64,000 bases of DNA, taken from positions 7,787,093 to 7,851,092 of the forward strand of contig CAVNZM010000004.1 of assembly GCA_963693365.1 (NCBI GenBank). The letters are read 5' to 3'. The notes below the pieces were generated by a model, which was not told where the DNA came from, searched no databases, and saw only the letters and a list, made by a program, of their open reading frames with translations. The position numbers and the translations under genes were made by a program. This DNA is from Amoebidium appalachense (lineage: Eukaryota > Protista > Ichthyosporea). This document shows, piece after piece, positions 60,536 to 64,000 of the stretch (position 1 is the first letter of the stretch; every line of letters starts with the position of its first letter).

Positions 60536-62043
60536 GAGCGATACTGAAAGAAAGATGTCGTGGGATGAGTTTTTTTTTGGGGGGGGGGAAGGGGAGGAGG
60601 GGAGGGGGACCGGGGGGGGGGGGGGGGGGGGGGAGGGGGAGGAGGATCCGGAGGGGAGCAGGTAGAAGGTGAGAGGGATAACGCATGTTTGTATTTTTTA
60701 TTTATTTTTTATTTTTTTTGAGGTGGGGGGGAGGGGTTTTTTTTTTTTTTTTTTTTTTTTGGGGGGGGGGGGGGGTGATTGGCGTTTGAAGGATAGCTCA
60801 TGGGATGAGTTTTATGTGTGGCTTTGAGGCCAAAGAATTTCCGAATAATCTAGATCGATAAATAAGTAAATGAGGGACAGAAATCTATTTCAAACACAAC
60901 ATAAATTATTTATCTGCCACCCAATGCCGGGCCCCGGTCCAAGGCTTAGCTATGACAAGTAATCGAGAACGGTTTGCTCAAGCTTCCTAGAATGATACTG
61001 CATCGCTCGCACCATACGAAGTAAACGATGAGAAAAAATGATACCGAAAATATAGCCCCTCACGCGGCCAAAAAGATCCGACATATACTATTGGCCCCTT
61101 GCACACTCCAAATTTAATGATGAAATGCCTATTGTACACTAAAAAATAATGCTAACATACACATTAATGCCCCTCTCACGATCACCCGTGCATAACAACA
61201 ACACAATGAAAATCTGTGGCACTATGTTTGTTGAACCCAGAACATAATACATGTTTTTTATCTCCGCACATGTATTATTTATTGAGAGATTAGTTCACAC
61301 AAGGAAGACCACGGTCACCATATGTGATCACGTGCTGCAAAGCTTCCCCTGCCCCCCCCCAAACAACACACACACACACCAAAAAAGATCTGCATTGTCT
61401 ATATTGTCTGTCACCAATGTCGCATTGCATTCTGTAACGCCGCTCTAAGTCTCTCCCCCCAACCCCCCACACAGGCCACACCCACAAGAATACCAAAGCA
61501 CCCACCGACCCGTCTAAATACCCATAACTAAACACGGTAAAAGAAAGTGTCTGTGGGTACTAACACACACACGCACACACGGTCACACAACACACACACA
61601 CACACACGTGCACACACACACACACACACACTCAACAACTCACCCCCACCCGAGCAATTGCTCCTTTCACTGAGCCTCGATTTCAAGCCCTCTCACTCAT
61701 GATCAAGAGTCTCTGCAGAAAATTACCCCCTCCCCCCCCCCCCCCCCCCTCCCCCCCCCCCCCCCCCCCCCCCGTCCCCTTCCCCCCCAACACCAAAAAA
61801 AAAGAAAAAAAATACAGTCAACCAACCTCCTCCTCCCCTCCCCCCTCCCCTCGCCGCCGCCCCCTCCCACTTCCCTATACTGAAATAAAGTAATGAAGTG
61901 CACATATGGGAACGCGCGGTGCGTTGTTGACACCAACAAGCCATAATGCCGCCCCAAAAGGTTACACAACAAAGTTGCACAGTACTGGCAGGGAAGGGCT
62001 GGAGGTGTGAATGTTTTTAAGAGGGAAGGCGGGGAGGGGGGGG

Positions 62044-62090
<47 letters not shown>

Positions 62091-63428
62091 ATTCCAGAGA
62101 TCTAATATTAGAGCCGTGCCCATCCGTCTGTAAAAGCTGCAAAGGCAATCGATACGAGGACACAACAATTTCGAATGGTCAAGGGCCATTGCTTGTCAAG
62201 CCTCGCCCCCTATTCCTCCCCCCCACTCCCTCTCCCCTCCCCTTGTCCCCTCCCTTGAACCCCGTCCCTCCCCCACAAGCACGCACGCACACATACACGA
62301 ACCCACAATCACCGGCCTGCCCATTCCCCAACCCCGTAATTCTACCATCCAGCCCCTATTCCGGCCCCCCTTCCACACTGGGTCTCTAAATGGCTTTGCA
62401 GCACTATAGAGGCAGGTGCGGCATCTGTTTGATGGTTTACACGGTCTATTTTGGGGGAAATGTGTTAAATATTCTACGGCCCACCTCCAGAACGTAAAAC
62501 GAGATCTTGGCTGCTGATAGTCCCCGAACCTGAACCTATAACCAAGCACATTACCAAATAAACCAATCCTTACAAGATGACCTTGAAATCTTGTGCCCTT
62601 GCTTCGCGTGCCTCCCCATGTCACAGTGCATGTCCAACTTACAAGGTGATAAATTTTGTTGAGCGCCAGCACATCAGCAAGTAGGTAGGTACACGAACTC
62701 CGAACTTCCCCTAGTGTTACAATGGTATATTGCCCTAGCCCTCCTCGTCCCTCGCCACACTTCCTGTCCCCTACTTATTGACCATCATGGGCCCCTGGCC
62801 TCCCCTCCCATGATTCCCCACCCTTGCCCCAAACCTCGAATACAACCACCATCAGATAGATGTCCGCCTGCCCGTCCCCGCCGTTTACCTAGCAAGTTTA
62901 TTTTCAAGACCCGGCACCATTTAGATATTTTGGTTCAGGGCGGTCTGGAAACAGGAGTAGCAATTGTGAAGGTGCCGCAGCCTCGTGAATGTTAGTGAAT
63001 GTTAATGAAAATAATCCGATGACATCGATTGTATGAACAAATGATTGGCATAGCCGGCAAGCAACGGCTCGTGGACGTTTGAATGAGCTCGAGCAGTCGG
63101 TGCTACCATGGGCATAGAGGTGTTACAGAACGTGCACATGTAAACGTACGCTTACATTCGTAAGTGGTCCCTATCAAAACTCTGCGAGCCACATCTTTGA
63201 AGGTTTGATTGATTGGCTGGCTGAAAGGGCTGCGTGTTGCTTCAACAGGCAACTGCGTGTACGTGGCAGCTAGAATTTTCGGCTTTTCAATGTTCTATGA
63301 GCACTTTGGTGGGGATGTGCTATTTATTGAAGACTTGCATGTGAGGCTGTGGTGAGGTGCAGGCACTTCAGGCCAACAACGGTCAAAAAGAAAAAGTGAC
63401 ATGCATCTTTCGTATGCATATGTGTACA

Positions 63429-63825
63429 CGGGGTTTACGCTGTTTACTCGAGGCAAAGAGAGACCAGTCTCAGGTATGGGGGGGTTTTGCTCGGAATATC
63501 CCCTCAGCGGTATATCATGATCACATACATAGATGTCGGGTGATGATTATATATCAGGGTTTACTTTCTCTACGAGACACCATAAAGACTAAGAAAGAAA
63601 AATTTTTTTCTTTTGACTGGATTTATTTGACGGAAAGATATGCAAGTATGCACGGCATACTGAGAAAACAATAAAAACTTCACGAGTTATCCAGTAACAA
63701 GTGCATACTGAGATACCTGAACACTGTGTGAAAATCATATAAATACTCAATGTGACGACCAACAGAATTCAATCACATTGCCAGCTAGTGTAGCAGATAC
63801 CCGGAGGGAAAGAGGTAAAACGCGA
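63429..63825 (+). mobile_element. Apparently complete ~400-bp MITE-like element
   Basis: Contains, collinearly, all modules found rearranged at 30175-31048. Degenerate terminal inversion: cggggtttacgctgtttactc versus rc cgcgttttacctctttccctc. No clear TSD. Confidence 0.65.
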
Positions 63826-64000
63826 GGGGTTACATAAAAATTCACACCTATCAACATGCTTGCGATTAAAAAGGTCAGCACAAAAGTGGCACCAGCGGCG
63901 ATGAAAACAAGAATTACAGCGCCACTGCACAACTTCCCAGGCAATATCAACATCAGAGCACCATACAGACTTATCTACTAGGGTGGTATCCATACGTACA

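Overview
Intron-rich eukaryotic genomic DNA saturated with (CA)n/(GT)n, (GA)n and poly-C/poly-G tracts. The proteins look opisthokont; a unicellular holozoan such as an ichthyosporean is my inference, not established. Nearly all ORFs in the supplied track are microsatellite artefacts. Manual splicing gives four genes: (1) the 3' half of IMP dehydrogenase (+, 82-5024); (2) a large minus-strand gene (about 26073 to 8870) that appears to join a Tudor-like domain, an MBD/TAM-like domain, an AT-hook, a split alpha-crystallin/HSP20-like domain, an acidic disordered region and a Cys/His C-terminus; (3) ADAL/MAPDA N6-methyl-AMP deaminase (+, 34399-43838), with one interruption that lacks a GT donor; (4) a divergent septin lacking the G3 motif (+, 47734-60357). 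Mobile DNA includes piggyBac-like and Kolobok-like MITEs, a 5'-truncated LINE, a four-copy retro-like repeat whose 3' ends abut C tracts, and a MITE-like family with a 302-bp fold-back derivative. Many introns have complementary G/GT-rich and C/CA-rich halves. All domain calls come from motif recognition by eye; no database search was run.
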